Source: Camelus dromedarius (lineage: Eukaryota). From it: a stretch of 64,000 nt of DNA. The position numbers and the translations under genes are program-made. Under the pieces are notes generated by a model. That model ran no database searches. It was not told where the DNA came from and saw only the letters and a list, made by a program, of their open reading frames with translations. The stretch lies in contig NC_087447.1 in NCBI RefSeq assembly GCF_036321535.1, positions 43,216,001-43,280,000 on the forward strand. The letters are read 5' to 3'. Positions 24,505 through 38,758 of the stretch are shown here, one piece after another. The stretch's first letter is position 1. Each line of letters starts with the position of its first letter.

Positions 24505-26820
24505 TTTTTTTGTTTTTGTTTTTGTTTGTTTTTTGATAATTGCTGTCTTGACATATAATTTGTGTACCATGGAATTCAGCCATTTAAAGTGTACTTTTGA
24601 ATGGCTTTTAGCATATTCAGAGTCATGCAACCATCACCACAATCAATTTTAGAACATTTCATCATCCCCCTGCCCCCAGACTCATACTCTTTTGCCATCA
24701 CCTTTCAACACCCCCCCCACCTCAACCCCTTCTGCCCTAGGCAGCCACTGTCTACTATCTGTCTTCATAGATTTGCCTGTTCTAGATATTTCATATAAAT
24801 GGAATCATACAATGTGATCTTTTGTGACTGGCTTCTTTCATATAGCATGTTTTCAAGGTTCATTCACGTTGTAGCATGTATCAATACTTCATTACTTTTT
24901 ATGCCTGAATAATATTCCATTGTGTGGCTGTACCACATTTTATTTATCCATCAGTTGATGGGCATTTTGGGTTTTGATTATTATGAATAATTCTGCTGTT
25001 AACATCTGTGTACAGGTTTTTGTGTGGATAAATGCTTTCATTTCTCTGGAGTCTATGCACTTGGGAAATGAGAGCATTTTAGTGTGGCTGGAACTAAGAG
25101 TAGAATTTCTGGTTCATATGGTTACTCTGTGAACAGTTTTGAAGAACCACTAGATTGTTTTCCAAAGTAGCTACACCACTTTACATTCCCGCTGGCAATG
25201 CATGGGGGTTCCAGTTTCTCTGCATCTTCATGGACACTTGTTATTGTCTGCCTTTTTGATTATAGCCATCTTAGTAGGTGTGAAGTGGTATCTTTATTGT
25301 GGTTTTTTCTTTTGCGTTTCCATGATAACAACATTGATATCTTTTCATGTGTTTATCGGCTATTTGTGTATCTTCTTTGGAGAGATGTCTATTCAGACTT
25401 TTGACCATTTTTAAATTGAGGTTTTGTCTTTTTATTGTTGAGTTACAAGAGTTCTTTATTTTAGGTACAAGTCCATTATCAGATATTTGATTTGCAATTA
25501 TTTTCTTCCATTTCAGCCTTTGTGGGTTGTCTTTGCTTTCTTGATGGTGTCCATTTAAAAAGAAAAGTGTTTAATTTCGATGAAGTGCAACTTACCTATT
25601 TTTTCTTCTCTTCTGCTTTTGGTACCATATCTAAAAACAACAATTTGCCAAATCCAGGGTCATGAAGATTTATGCCCATGTTTTCAAGTTTTATGGTATT
25701 TACTCTTTAATCCATTTTGAGTTAGTTTTTATATATGGTGTGAGGTAGAAGTCCAGCTTCATGTGGATATGCAGTTGTCCCAGCATCATTTGTTGAAGAC
25801 TATTCTGTTTACATTGTTTTGATGCCCTTGTCAAAATTCAGTTGACTATAAGTGTGAGAGCTTGTTTTTGATCCACTCTCAATTCTGATCCATTGATACA
25901 AATATCAACTATACTTATCCTTATGCCAGTACCATACTATCTCAATTACTGTAGCTTTGTGGTAAGTTTTGAGGTTGTGAAGCATTGTCTTCCTATTGTG
26001 TTCTTTTTTCTAGATTGATTTCTGACTCCTATGACCCAGCAGTTTTGTACACATTATAGGATCAGCTTGTCAATTTCTGTAGAAAAAGCCAGCTGGGGTT
26101 TTGATTGTGTGCAATCTGTAGATCAGTTTGGAGATTATTGCCATCCTAACAATATTAAGTCTTTTAATCTAGGAACACAGGGTTTTTTAGAAATTTATTT
26201 GGGTTTTTATTTCAAAGAAGTTTGTAGTGTACAAGTCTTATTTTGTTAAGTATTTATATTTCTTATTTGTATTTCTAAGTATTTTATTATTTTTGGTGTT
26301 ATTGTAAATTGAATTATTTTGTTAATTTTATTTTCAAATTGTTCATTACTGTTTTTAGAAACAACTTTTGTGTATTAATATTGATTCTGCAAACTTGGTG
26401 GATTGTTTCTTAGCTCCAATACATGATTATGTTGTCTGCTAGTAGAGATTGTTTTACTAATTTTTTTCCAATCTACATGCTATTCATTTTTCTTTCCTAA
26501 CTGCCTGAGTTAGAACCTCTAGTACAATGCTGAGTAGAAGTAGTGAAGAGATAACAACCTTGATTGTTCCTAACCTTAAGAAACCTTTCATACCATTAAG
26601 GATATTGTTAGATATGGATTTTTTTTTAAGATGCCCTTTATCAGCTTGAGGGAATTCCCTTTATTCCTAGTTTGTTGAGTATTTTTATTATGAAGGGGTG
26701 TTGAATTTTGCTTTTTCTGTGTTTATTGAAGTGATGATGGGGATTTTGTCCTTCATTCTATTGATATGTATTACATAATTGATTTCTGAATGTTAAACCA
26801 GCCTGTATTCTTTGGCTAAA
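24505..26820 (-). mobile_element. Old LINE-1 (L1M-type), antisense in RIC3 intron 1
   Basis: T-rich; cttttgtgactggcttctttca, tctttggagagatgtctattcag, cagttgtcccagcatcatttgttgaa. Confidence 0.85.
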
Positions 26821-26872
26821 TTGAGGAGGTAACTCTTGAAGTGTTTTATTAGCCAGATTAAGAAGGACATTC

Positions 26873-27049
26873 TATAGATAAACAACAAGGACCTACTGTA
26901 TAGCATAGGGAGCTATATTCAATATCTATAATAACCTAAAATGAAAAAGAATATGAAAAGAATATATATGTATAACTGAATCGCTATGCTGTACACCATA
27001 AACTAACACAACGTTGTAAATTAACTATACTTCAATTTAAAAAATAAAA
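26873..27049 (+). mobile_element. Short LINE-1 3' end insertion with TSD
   Basis: aacaaggacctactgtatagcataggg...cttcaatttaaaaaataaaaa flanked by aaggacattc at 26863-72 and 27050-59; left site tt|aaga fits the L1 endonuclease preference. Confidence 0.85.
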
Positions 27050-30000
27050 AAGGACATTCCAGGCAGAGGGAATACAGAGCAAAAAAGAACACCCAGAGGC
27101 TTGAAATAGCCTTAGAGCTAGCTGTAAGAGAAGACACCAGAGAAGTTGTAAGGAGCCAAAATGTAAAGGTTTTTTTTCCGCCATACTTAAGGAGTTTGGA
27201 TATTATTCTAAAGACAGAAGAGGCCATTGTAAATTTGTAAATAGAAGAGAAACATCCAGTTTAGTTTTAGAAAGGACACCTTGACAACAGTGTAAAGGCT
27301 GGATGGTGAGGATTTCATTAGGGAGAACATTGTTGAAGTAGTCCATTTGAGACACCAGGAACATCATTAAGCCAGGGTCTTTGGGCTCATCCATTAGGAT
27401 TCTCATGATAAGTGACAGAAAGTTCAGGTGAACTGTCTTAAGTCAAAAAGAGAATTTATTGTGCAAATGAATTGACCCTGTGTTAGAACTGGCCTCCTGT
27501 GTGGTTTGATCTAGAGATTCACAGTCTCATCAGGGCTTCTGTCTGATTTTCTGTGTCCTTTTCACTTCTGGGTTCTTAAGTTGGCTCTGTCTGATTTCTC
27601 TCTTAGGGTAGCAACAGTGGTTGCATGAGTTCCAGATACCACTTCCTCACATTCAATTATCCAGAGAAGGAGAGAATGTTTTTCTTTTCTTTTGAACTCT
27701 TCCTTCACTCCCCTCTCACTCTTATCCCCTCCTCCCATCTTCCCAGTTCTTTCCCAGTAATTCCTGCTAGCATAGCCACTCATCTTAATGGCTTGAATTA
27801 AGTTACTTGTAGTGCTGTGGGTAGAAACAATATGCAGATTAACCACTGTAGAGTTGAGAGTGATTCCCAAAGGGAAATAGGGGTACAGGAGGAAGATGGA
27901 GTAAATGGAGCAAGGGAGGCAGTCAATACTGGCTGGGAGGAAAGAACAATTCTAAGAGATGTTTTTAAATAGAAGTGGAAGGTAAAGGAGAGGGAGGCAT
28001 CTTGAATTATTCTCAGTTTATTGGCTATAAACTGAGAATATATAGATTTATGACACCCTTTACCAAAATAGTAATGAAGTAAAGTAGATTAAAGGGGAAA
28101 GATAATGAGTTCAGGAATTTGAAGACTAGTATCATATCCCCTTCTTCCATCTTTTTTCCTACATTGGCATCCCTAGCTCCTTTATCTATTCCTCATATGA
28201 CATAGTTGCAAGTATCTAAACATAGCCCTCTTAGAAGGCAAACAATAGAAAGAGTAATCCAGTTACCTCATGGAAGAGCAGCTGATTACATTCCCCACCC
28301 TCTTTTTTAAAATTCTGTACTTCAATTAATGCATCCTGGGGATTGCTTTAGATTTTTTGGCACTTGCTGTTTAATTGGAATCTTAAACTTAATTTTAAAT
28401 AGGAGCTGCTCATCTAGGTTTTGTCCATTTTGTACTGTTCATTTGATGTTTCAGAACCAAATATAGGACTTGGTAGCCTTCCCTGTCACATTTTATCTAT
28501 TTAAATTTGGTCCAGAATTCTAGCCTCTTGACATTTTTTCAGAACATTTATTGTTCTGTTTAGTGTATATGTTTACTATCTCTCTCAGCTATATGCTATT
28601 CTTCATTTTCTAAAACCTTTTTTTTGGTTAAAGACATTTTCAAACATAAGCAAAAGTAGAGAGAGTAGTAAAATGAATCCACATTACCCTGCTTCAACAA
28701 CCATCATCTTGTGTCATGAATATCCCCACTTACTTTTTCCTTCATATGCTCAATTATTTTGAAGCAAATCCCAGACATTGGGTCATTTCACCCTTAAATA
28801 CTTTCATATACATCTCTAAAAACATAAGAATTCTTCTTAAAATATAGCCACAATATTATTATTACATCTAAAAATCAATAATTCCTTAATGTCATGAAAT
28901 ATCCAGTTGGTGTTCAAATTTCTCCCACTGCCTCTTAATTTTTTTTCACAATTTCACCGTTGATTAGGATAAGCATGTCTTCTTGATAGACCATTTAAAT
29001 TATTTTTTTAAATGTATCAGTGTTTTGAAACTGCTTTTAGGATCACCTTCACTTTTTGTGAACTGGAACAAATTATCTATCTCCGTTCATTCAAGATTTC
29101 TCTTTTAATCAATATAATTTCTTAAATTTTTTTTAGTTCGGTGATCTTATTTGCAAGTTTTACCAGTCTTCTTGGTAGAAATTATTTAGTGGACAGACTT
29201 GAACTCCTCACCCATCTGGGACATTTTTTCCCTCTAGGACTATTAATTCTCCATTTAACCCCAAATTCATACCTTTTGGTAAAGAATATGTTAGCAGAAT
29301 AGAGATAAGAAGTTCTGCTTTCTCAGCGTTACGTTTTATCATCAGGCAAACTGCCTTTTCACTCTAAAAATGCCCCTTTTGCTTTTGCTAGCCTTTTTGT
29401 AAACCTTGATTTATTTTGGACCTTGGCCTCCTAATGTGGTTCTTTCAAGATGTGAGGAAGACAGAGTCAGCTGTTGCTAGTGCACCACTTTAAGCAATGC
29501 TGAATTAAATATGGCCTCTAGAACTTCCTCAGTATTTAGGGAGAAGCTTACGTATCTTAAAGAACCATCCATTAAGACCTTTCTTGTATTGCGGTAATCA
29601 GAAGTATAAACACATCCAGTTCTTTATTGATTTATTTGCCCTAAGAATGAAATGCTGCAGATGGTTTAATGTTGCTTTCAGAAAGCTCTTTTGTTAACAG
29701 TGCTAGTTTTTGTTTTTGTTGTTAGCAATAGGGATGGTTATTAACAAGGGAAAGCAGAGCTTCACTCTATAAAACCCATTAAGTTTTTAGTCAAGCTTAA
29801 GTGATTTGCTAAGTGAAATTTTAATAATTAAATAAACCTAAATATGGGGAAAGCTTTCAATAAACAATTGGAATTTAGTCAAGTCCATTTTATAGAATAT
29901 TTAAGTACATATGGAGATAAGGATACAGTTGTTTTCTATTTTGGAAAGTACAATTTTAATGTTCTAATATCTTAATGTTCTGATTTCTTTAGCTGTTTTT

Positions 30001-33000
30001 TTTAAATTTTTTTTTTTTTTAGAAACCACAAATCCTTCTTGTAATGTAGCTATAAAGGAAGCATTTGTAATGATGAGAAATGCAAAATAGGTAACCTAAA
30101 TGTTCATCAGCTTGAATGGGGGGTGGGGTAAGTGAATTGTGATATAGATATACAAGGAGATGCCATATAGCAGTTTGAATGAATGAACTAGGGCTCCATA
30201 TATCAACATGAGTAGATTTCTAAGATAAAATACTGATTCCTCACCTAGAAAAAAAGGCAAAAAGGGAAGTTGCAGAAGCATAAGTACAATATGATACTAT
30301 AATATACATTTTTTTAAAATTTTGGTTAAAATATCCATAACATAAAATTTATCATTTCAGCCATTAGGTATACAGTTTAGTAGTATATAACCATCACTAC
30401 CAACTGTTACATAACCATCACTACCATCCATTCATAATATAGTTTTAAAACACTCAAGACAATGTTATATATTGTTCATGGATGTATACTTACGTGTAAA
30501 GTGTAAAAGCACACATTCTAATAAGAATAAATTTGGAGTTGTGGCTATCTCAGGGTAGGTGGAAGAATACACAAGGGGCTCCAGTTAGCTCTGCATGGTA
30601 GATAGGTATACATCTGCTCATGTATTATCATCTAGAATTTTTTGTACACTTGGATTATTTTCTTTAAAAAATTGATTTTTTAAAAAATCTTTTCAACTAG
30701 ACATCTCCAGGTGTTTTCTAGCCATTGACTTTTTCAATATTCTGGAATGGTCAGTTCTAAGAAACATAGTGGCACCAAGATCCAAGAGGTGAGATTACTC
30801 CCTGTTGAGAACAGTTAACTTTACAAAGAGAATCTCTTCCAAATTCAGCATTCTAACCCCAGCCTGTCATCTCAAGTGTACCCTTGGTCCCAAGTGGCAG
30901 AGGTTATAGGTGTGATGCCTAAAGGTCTGAGAGAATGACTCTACAAAGAAAAGAAAAAAAAAAGAGAGCAAGTTTTTGAAGGTGAAAATAAGTTTCATTT
31001 TTAGGTTTGAAGTGATAGACACCAAAGGACATATACACTAATGGAATTTAGAGAGAAGAGGTAAGAGCTTGGAGGAAGGTCAGAACTAGAGCTATACATT
31101 TTGGAAATTGTAATGGATACCTTGAGAATGAATGAGTTTGCCAAAGGATGAAGAAAAAAGAAAGAACGAAGTTTGAAACAGAATCTTGGGGAGAGAGGAT
31201 TAAAGAAGAACCAGTGAAAGATGAAAAGGAATAGGTAGAAGGACCAGTCATTGGGGAAAGAAGAGATCAGCAGAGTGATGTTCTACAGATATTAAGGCAG
31301 GAAAATTTGACAAGGATTTGTTCAGATTAATCCAATATTTGTTGAATGACTTGTGGTAATCACTTTCTTGTGTAGCAGAGGAGTCTTAAGAATGAGAACT
31401 GAGTAAAAGCCATTGGATTTGATGGTTAAGGTTTAGTTACCATGTTGCTATAACTATTCTTTTTGTCTATAAACTCTTCAAAGACAGGAATTCTGTTTTA
31501 TTTATCATTTTAATCTCAGTGTCTGGCACAGTACCTGGCACATTAAGTACTCAGTAGCAAATCTGTGATCTACTAAACTGAGTATAAACTGCACAGATTT
31601 CTCCTAGGATGTAAAACATATTTTACCATCTAGCCTGTCTGTTCCATTGCTCTCCAATCCCCTCTCCTACCTTTGAAAATAGTATTTTGTACTTTTTCAG
31701 TGCTTCTTTGATTCTAGTCTGCAACTGCTTTTTCCAAAACTTTTTTAAAAATCAATTTTAATGTTTCAGTACTTCTTGCCACATCATGATTCATTTAGTG
31801 TTGCTTTTTGAAACCCTGTATTATACTTCCTTTCTTACTCCCATTACTCATTCATTAATTCAGTATAAAGAAGACAGTTCTAACAGTCAGAGCTGTACAG
31901 AGGTGGCCAGGGCTTCTAGGGGGCCAGGGGGAGTGGAGTACTGAGTTTCCTGTTCAATGATACTCAGCAGAATCAGGACCACAACTTAAGGGAAGTGAGG
32001 GTGAGGGTTTGAACAAAAGTAGTTAGAGTAGGTGACTCTTTCAAAAAATTTCAACTTCGTTGGGATATAATTCACATGTCATGCAGTTTACCTATTTAAA
32101 GTGCACAATCAGTGGTTTTTAATATAGTCACAAAGTTGTACAACCATCACAGTTTGCTATTCTGAATCTCATTCCCTCCTTCAGTGATGATTCCTATCCT
32201 CTTTTTGTTCCTTTTTGCATTCTTTCAGTACTTAGACATTTGGTCTGTCTAGTAATAAGATCCATGATACCCTGTTCCTTTTTTGCTGTTTTGGATATAC
32301 TACTTTTTTAAAAGCATCGTTTGATGGGGGAACCATCGTTTCTGTTTCATTTATGGTTCTCCTTTCCTACCCATAGCACAGAGTGCTGAACATAATAGCT
32401 GTCCAATAAATATTCTTGGATGACAGATCTATAAAAGTTTTGGGGGGAAATGTGTGATGTTTAGCATCATCATCATTTTTCAATTTTAGAAATGCAAACT
32501 AATGCCTTTTGTGCCATTACTTGGTTTGAATTTTTTATATCTTGTTTTATGCCAAGTTTTTAAAACAGTCTTCTCAGTACAGTAAAATGAAATTCAACAA
32601 GATATTAATACAGATATTAAATCTAGTATATTGAACACTAGATAAATCAGATTCTCTCACAAGAAAGGCTAGCTTCTCGGATGTTGGCTAGCCATTTGTT
32701 CAAAGTGCATTATAGCCTTAGAGCTAGTATGATATTAAGATCTTTGACAATTTGGTAGCAAAATAAGTCACCAGCACCCAAAAAAAGTAGTAGTGACCTG
32801 GTTTCCTCCTTCTGCTGTCTGAAGCTGTGCTTCTGTTGCTGCCCTACTCTTAAAAAGAAGCATTTCTTCTCATAATTTCCATGTCATTTGAAGTCAGTAT
32901 CAGGAGGGAAAGGAGGATTGTTGGAGTGGAGCTTGGCTGAGAGAGGACGCAAGGCAGAAGACAGCTCCCTGGCGCAGACCCTGGCTGTCTCAATCCCTGC

Positions 33001-33099
33001 CTGCCCTCCCAGCATCTTACCTCAGGAGCAGAGAGTTGACTTAAAGATGGTTCTCAGTTCATAGCACCTGATTAACATCACAGGGCAAGGTTGCTTTCT

Positions 33100-34080
33100 T
33101 ATTTTATTTTCTTTTTAACCCTTTATCTTCAATCCACATGCCCATTCATTTCCCCATTCACGTGCACCCACTCTAATGTGTTTGTTTTATGTTCTTAGAC
33201 CTACACATTTGTTTGAAAGACACATAGTATAATTATGATGTGTCTTTAGCTTACGTATGGTATTTGCTTATTTTTTTTACTCACTGCTGTGCTTCTCAAG
33301 ATATATTCCTATTGCTGAAGGTACATATAAAGTGTGTTTTCTGAAAGCTATGTAGAATTCCATGATTGTATCTTCTCCATTTTGACTTTCCATTCTCACA
33401 GTTATGGAGGTCAGTTACTTCAGGCTCCCTGCTACAACATCATCACAGTGAACATTCCCACACAGGTCTCTAAAGTCTATAGCTCGCATTTGGATATAGG
33501 TAGCTTTATTTGAGAATTTCTCTGGAATTTATCCACCAGAGTGGGATCACTGGATTATAGGGCATAGACATACTGAATGTCACTCAGTACAGTTAGATCA
33601 CTTAGCAGAATGGCTGTATCTGTCTACAGTCTTACCCACTGTAAGAGAGTTCTTGCCTCCCTACATCTTTGCCAGCGCCTGCTATTACCCACCATTCCAA
33701 TCTTTGCCCTTCTGATAGGTATAAGTGCTATCTCATTGTTTTAATTGGTATTTTTCTTGTTGGTTTTAGTTTGAATTTGATCATCTCTTTATATACTTGT
33801 TAACCATACTAGTTCATAGCTACTCATGTCTTTTGGCCATTTTTCTATTGGGTCTCCTGTAATGTTCATATCAAATAGTGGGAGTTCCTTATCTATTCTA
33901 GAGATTTAATCCCTTGTCAATTTTAGATGTTGCAAAAGCTTCCCTTGTCTGTCCTCTATCTTCACACTATTCATGGTATTCTTCATTGAACAGAAATCCA
34001 CAGTTTTTTTGAGGTCAAATCCAACAATTTTTCACTGTATCATTTGTATTTTTAGAGTCTGATTCATGAATTCTTTCTGC
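33100..34080 (-). mobile_element. Old LINE-1 fragment
   Basis: Decayed antisense L1 motifs (tatctcattgttttaattgg, ttttggccatttttctattggg). Confidence 0.65.
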
Positions 34081-34691
34081 TGCTTCATGTTTTTCTTTAT
34101 TATCTCCCAGTGGTTTTTCCATGCAAGCCTGTTTACATAGCCTTTTGAAGAGGTATCTTTCCTTTTTTTCTCACCTATGACTCTCAGGAGACTTGGCAGC
34201 TGGTGTTAATGTTTGGCTGCTCCTGGTGGAGGAGAAAAATGTAAGAAAATTGATGCATCCTCCTTTCTCTAAGCCCTGCACTTCCACAAATAGGGATGAG
34301 TCCCTGTGACCCTAATTGTACTCCATGAATCTTGTCTACTCAGCTCCAGCTGATTGGAAAGTGCTGTATACCTACCCAAGCTGAGTAGTCAAGATCTTCC
34401 TGCAAGGAGTTTGAAATTAAGACCAGTCTCCACTGTCCTCTTGAAGGACATGCAAATTGAGGGGTTTGGGGGTGAACATCTTCCTGCATGTTCAAAAAGA
34501 AGCAGGAGCAATTCTTTGCAGAGGAATGAGAATGAGGAAGATATGCACAGAATAACAAGGAAAAGCCTTATGGCCCTCTTATAGAGAGGGAGAAAGATTG
34601 AGATAGAAAGTGAGGGTAGCTGTCTTGGACCCTAATGGTGTTCCAGTTTCTGGTTGTATTCTCTTCTGAGACCAGATTGCATTTCCTCATC

Positions 34692-35130
34692 TGTATTAGT
34701 TAGAGGTGGCTAACTGCTCTAACAGATAGACTTCAAAGCGTATAATGGCCCTAGCAAAATAGAAGTTTATTTCTCACTCACATAAACAGGTCCAGATGGT
34801 TCTAAGTTGGTAGGGTGGCAGCAGTGGAGGGCTCTGTGACACACAGTTACTCAGGATTCCAGGTTGATGGAGGCTCTGCCTTTTTTAACATATGTCCTCC
34901 AAGGTCTCCCTGGGTGCCAGCATCCAGCCTGCAGAAAGGAAATGAACATGGAGTTCAATACATAGGAAGCTTCATAGGCCAGGCCTTGAACCAGCACCTG
35001 TCATTCACATTCTTTTAGCTAGAACTCAGTTACATGATCCCATTTAACTGAATGGAAGCTGAAAAATGTCATCTACCTGTGGTCTCAAAAGGAAGAGAAG
35101 GTGGGTTTGGTGAACAGCTAGAGATTGCCA
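34692..35130. mobile_element. Old MaLR (MLT1-family) LTR just upstream of RIC3 exon 2
   Basis: tgtattagttag...atagaagtttatttctcactcacata...gctagaactcagttacatg. Confidence 0.6.
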
Positions 35131-35320
35131 TATCGTATTTATTTTCTGTGAGATAACTCTTGTGATGCCTCTATAGCCTTGTAATCGAGTTCTTATATTT
35201 TTTAAACTTGTTTGAATTGGCTCCTATTTGTCTCAGTGCATGAGGTGTTTTCATGATAGCCATATTTAAAATGGTAGAGGAAATGATTAATGATTAAGAC
35301 TGATTAATTTGTTTTCTCAG

Positions 35321-35547
35321 GGAAGTTGGGTCGATTTCCGCCGATGATGCATCATCACCAGGCACCCTCAGATGGCCAGACCCCTGGGGCTCGTTTCCAG
35401 AGGTCTCACCTTGCAGAGGCCTTTGCAAAAGCCAAAGGATCAGGTGGAGGCACTGGAGGAGGAGGTAGTGGAAGAGGCCTGATGGGGCAGATTATTCCAA
35501 TCTATGGTTTTGGGATTTTTTTATACATACTGTATATTCTATTTAAG
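35321..35547 (+). CDS. RIC3: RIC3 coding exon 2 (Gly-rich linker and transmembrane segment)
   Basis: Acceptor ttttctcAG (35319-20), donor AAG|GTAAGT. 227 nt completes the phase from exon 1. Encodes (G)KLGRFPPMMHHHQAP...GLMGQIIPIYGFGIFLYILYILFK. Confidence 0.97.
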
Positions 35548-35600
35548 GTAAGTGGAATCATCCTGGTCATGTTACATCAATGAAAATCTAATATCATCAT

Positions 35601-35606
35601 AATAAA
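35601..35606 (+). terminator. Intronic poly(A) signal in RIC3 intron 2
   Basis: AATAAA starting 17 nt after the in-frame TGA (35581-83) of the exon-2 read-through; second signal ATTAAA at 35620-25. Confidence 0.6.
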
Positions 35607-36553
35607 AATCATTGTCAGCATTAAAACTCTTTACAGTTCATAACCCTTTTTCAAACCCATCATCTCTTTAAACCTTGCCTCCTTTTTATGAGGTACTTAA
35701 GATAGCTATTATCTCAGTTTTACAGATGAGAAAATTTTTGCTCAGAGCCTAAACAATTTGCCCCAGAATTCACAGCTAAAAATTCAGAATCAGGACTTGA
35801 ACCCGAATCTCCTAGTTCCTAATCCATTGAGCAATAAGTAATAAAGTTCAACACCTCCCCTCCCTGCACCCTGCCCGCGCACCCCCCCCACCTTTTTTTG
35901 ACTGGGCATCTTTGCAAGCTGTAAAGGCACAAAGATGTTCTAAGAAGTCCTTTATTATTAGGATTGGCACAGTGATTTCCAAGTAGCCACTGCGAGGCCA
36001 AATAATGACTGTACCAACACTACTTTTTCCTTCTTTTACCCCCAAGAGTATGAGGTGCTGTTTTTAAAATCAGTTGCAGTAATTGGCAGTTCTGAAACAG
36101 AACTGCCACGTCCTGAAACTAAGCCTGATATTGCCTAGCTCTGGGTAGACATGGTTTGGGTCCTTTAAATGCAGACTTCCAGTTAAGTTCCACCTCTAGG
36201 CAGGCTTTGGTCGGCCATGGGGCTGGGCACCGTAAGTGGAGGCAGGAGATTCACTTGTCCTCCTAACAAAAGTAAGAGGTGGAATTCTTGAGGCAGCCCA
36301 AGCTGAATCTTAGGTGAACAGGGGATGGCAGATGTCCTGTAAAGAGATTTTTTTTCCTTGTGTCTCAATAATTTTTTACTTGGAAACCTTCTATTGGGTG
36401 GTTTTTGTTTTGTTTTGTTTTGTTCAGGTGTTTCTCTAATGTTATTTCATTTGATTTCTCCCAACCTTTTTTTTCCTTCATTTACTATGAGGGGTTCCAT
36501 GACTTTGAGGGTCTGAGCTGCTGTTGATGTGCTGTACCTCCTTCAATTCTCAG

Positions 36554-36629
36554 CTCTCAAAGGGGAAAAGTACTGCAGAGGACCGGAAATGCTCTCCTGC
36601 CACACCTGGAAACACCCACAGGAAAATTA
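36554..36629 (+). CDS. RIC3: RIC3 coding exon 3
   Basis: Acceptor ttctcAG (36552-53), donor A|GTAAGT; 76 nt; LSKGKSTAEDRKCSPATPGNTHRKI; frame consistent with neighbouring exons. Confidence 0.96.
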
Positions 36630-38664
36630 GTAAGTGCCTCTTCAGCATATTCATAAGTTTCATTGAGTTAGACAGCCATACAGCTGGAGGGACAATCTGT
36701 GGACGGGTCTTAAAAGCATTTCTCAAAAGTTGTCCCAGACGAATCTGATGCCATTTTTACCTTAGCTCTGGGAAGTCTCAGAAGTTTCCATATTGATATT
36801 AGGCTTTTAAAGGAAGGAGAGTTGTAAAAAGTACAAAACCACCAGTTTACTTTTTTATATATTAGCAAATTAATATTTACATTTGAAATGGATTACTTCT
36901 CATTTCCAGACTTCAGAATATGGGAGGAAATTTCACATAGAGGAAAACTGAGACAGTGAGATCAAGTCATTGCCAAAGTCAGTTATTAGATCTACGGACA
37001 GAGTTGAACACTTCTGACTCTTAAAATGTGATCATCAAATACTTATTGACCAATTAGAATATTCTCTCTGGAGAAATGAAACGTTAGTGGCACGGCTCTT
37101 CCTTCTGAGAATTTATAGTCTAAAAATGGATGTCAGGAAAAACCACTTGTGAAAAGTTTACTACCTAGAAAGAAGGGACTTGGCAAAAGCCTTGTGGGAA
37201 ATCACGTCTTGCTGGGTGGCTGTGGTGGAAGGCCTGTTAGATAGGGCGCTTGAGGAAGATGCAGCCTGACACGGGGCAGCTGTGGGAAAGAAGGCATGAA
37301 GGGTGGGTAGGTTAAGCCATATTGTTGCAGGCCTCGAGGGTCAGACTATCCTGTAGATACTGAAGCCTCATCAGAGGTTTTTAAAAGAAAGACATCAGCA
37401 AAATGAAGTAAGGCTGGGCCACTGAAGCATCTGCCCTCGGCCATAATTGCTTTTGTATTTCTGGATTTAGTCTGGATTCTCTTTGGAAATAGATATCCCA
37501 GTCACATCTACATCCTGAAATCTTAAATGTTCAGATTTAAGTGACTGATTCCAGCTGTATTCTTAACTGAGATAGTGTCTAACCAAAAGTGATGGTGAAT
37601 ATGTCATAAAAATCTTTTTTTTTAAAGATTTGTGAACTCTTTAAAGAGTAGCGAATTCTGTATCCTGTCACGTAATACATTTAAAATAGAAGTAAATAAA
37701 ATGAATTCCTAAAAGTAGCCATTTTATAATGTAGTAGCAGTTATGTCAGCTTCTTATGCTTCAATTTTGAATTATATGGAAAATAAATACAACCTAAGCG
37801 TTTATGTGGCACAGATGTTAACTGCATGCATAAGAATTTTTTGTAGAAGTAGTAAAAGGCCTTTGAAATATTACATTTTATGATGACCCTCTAAATATAT
37901 GTGTAGAATGATACTCGGGTAGGAAACAGAATAACTAAATTATCTACATAATGAACAACATTTAATTTTCCTATTGCTTTAAAGTTCATTTCTTGTACTG
38001 AATGAGTGATTTACTTTTTATGCTCTACTTTTAGAGTCTTAACATTAGTTTCAATAGATAGATGTGCTCCTTACTGACCCTTGTTGAGGGAACTGCTTCT
38101 GGAAGGCAGGGTTACACCCCTTCACCCCAGATGACTGAAGTAGAAGACCGTGGGCGGGAAGGTCTCAGCCCTAGTTCAAGACTTCTTCTATTGAAGAAGA
38201 GTAACTTTCAAACAATTATCTTTCATATATATTTTCAGATCTTATGTAGCTGTAAAATATTGCTCATTTCAGGGTCGTAACTCCTGAAGTCCCTTATGGT
38301 TTGGTACTTTATCCTGAAGCATCATTTAAATTAGAAATGATATGTTGATCTTCATTTCTTTTTGGCTGACTGTGTAAGGCTATGTTTTTCACTCCTAGGT
38401 GTTTTCTTTGGCTGGTCCTGCTGTATTTCTGTGTGTCAGAGAGAGTGATTTATTCATCACTCACTCAACGTGTATTCTTAGATCTTGGTGCCTATACCTC
38501 TGGACCCTTTCTTTGTGTCCTGATTGAATTAACCAGAGGACTCTCAGTCTCTTCTCTGAGTCTTAGGCCAGCCTGGATTATTGTAGTGTCACAGCAAGCC
38601 GAGCTTCAGAAAAGAGTTTACGGAATTGTATATGATGGTTCTTAGATCGATGCTTATTTTTCAG

Positions 38665-38758
38665 CCAATTTTGAGCTTGTTCAACTGCAAGAAAAACTGA
38701 AGGAGACAGAGGAAGCCATGGAAAAATTAATCAACAGAGTGGGGCCTAATGGTGAGAG
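38665..38758 (+). CDS. RIC3: RIC3 coding exon 4 (coiled-coil)
   Basis: Acceptor tttttcAG (38663-64), donor AG|GTAGGT; 94 nt; (T)NFELVQLQEKLKETEEAMEKLINRVGPNGE. Not in the ORF track; read manually. Confidence 0.96.
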
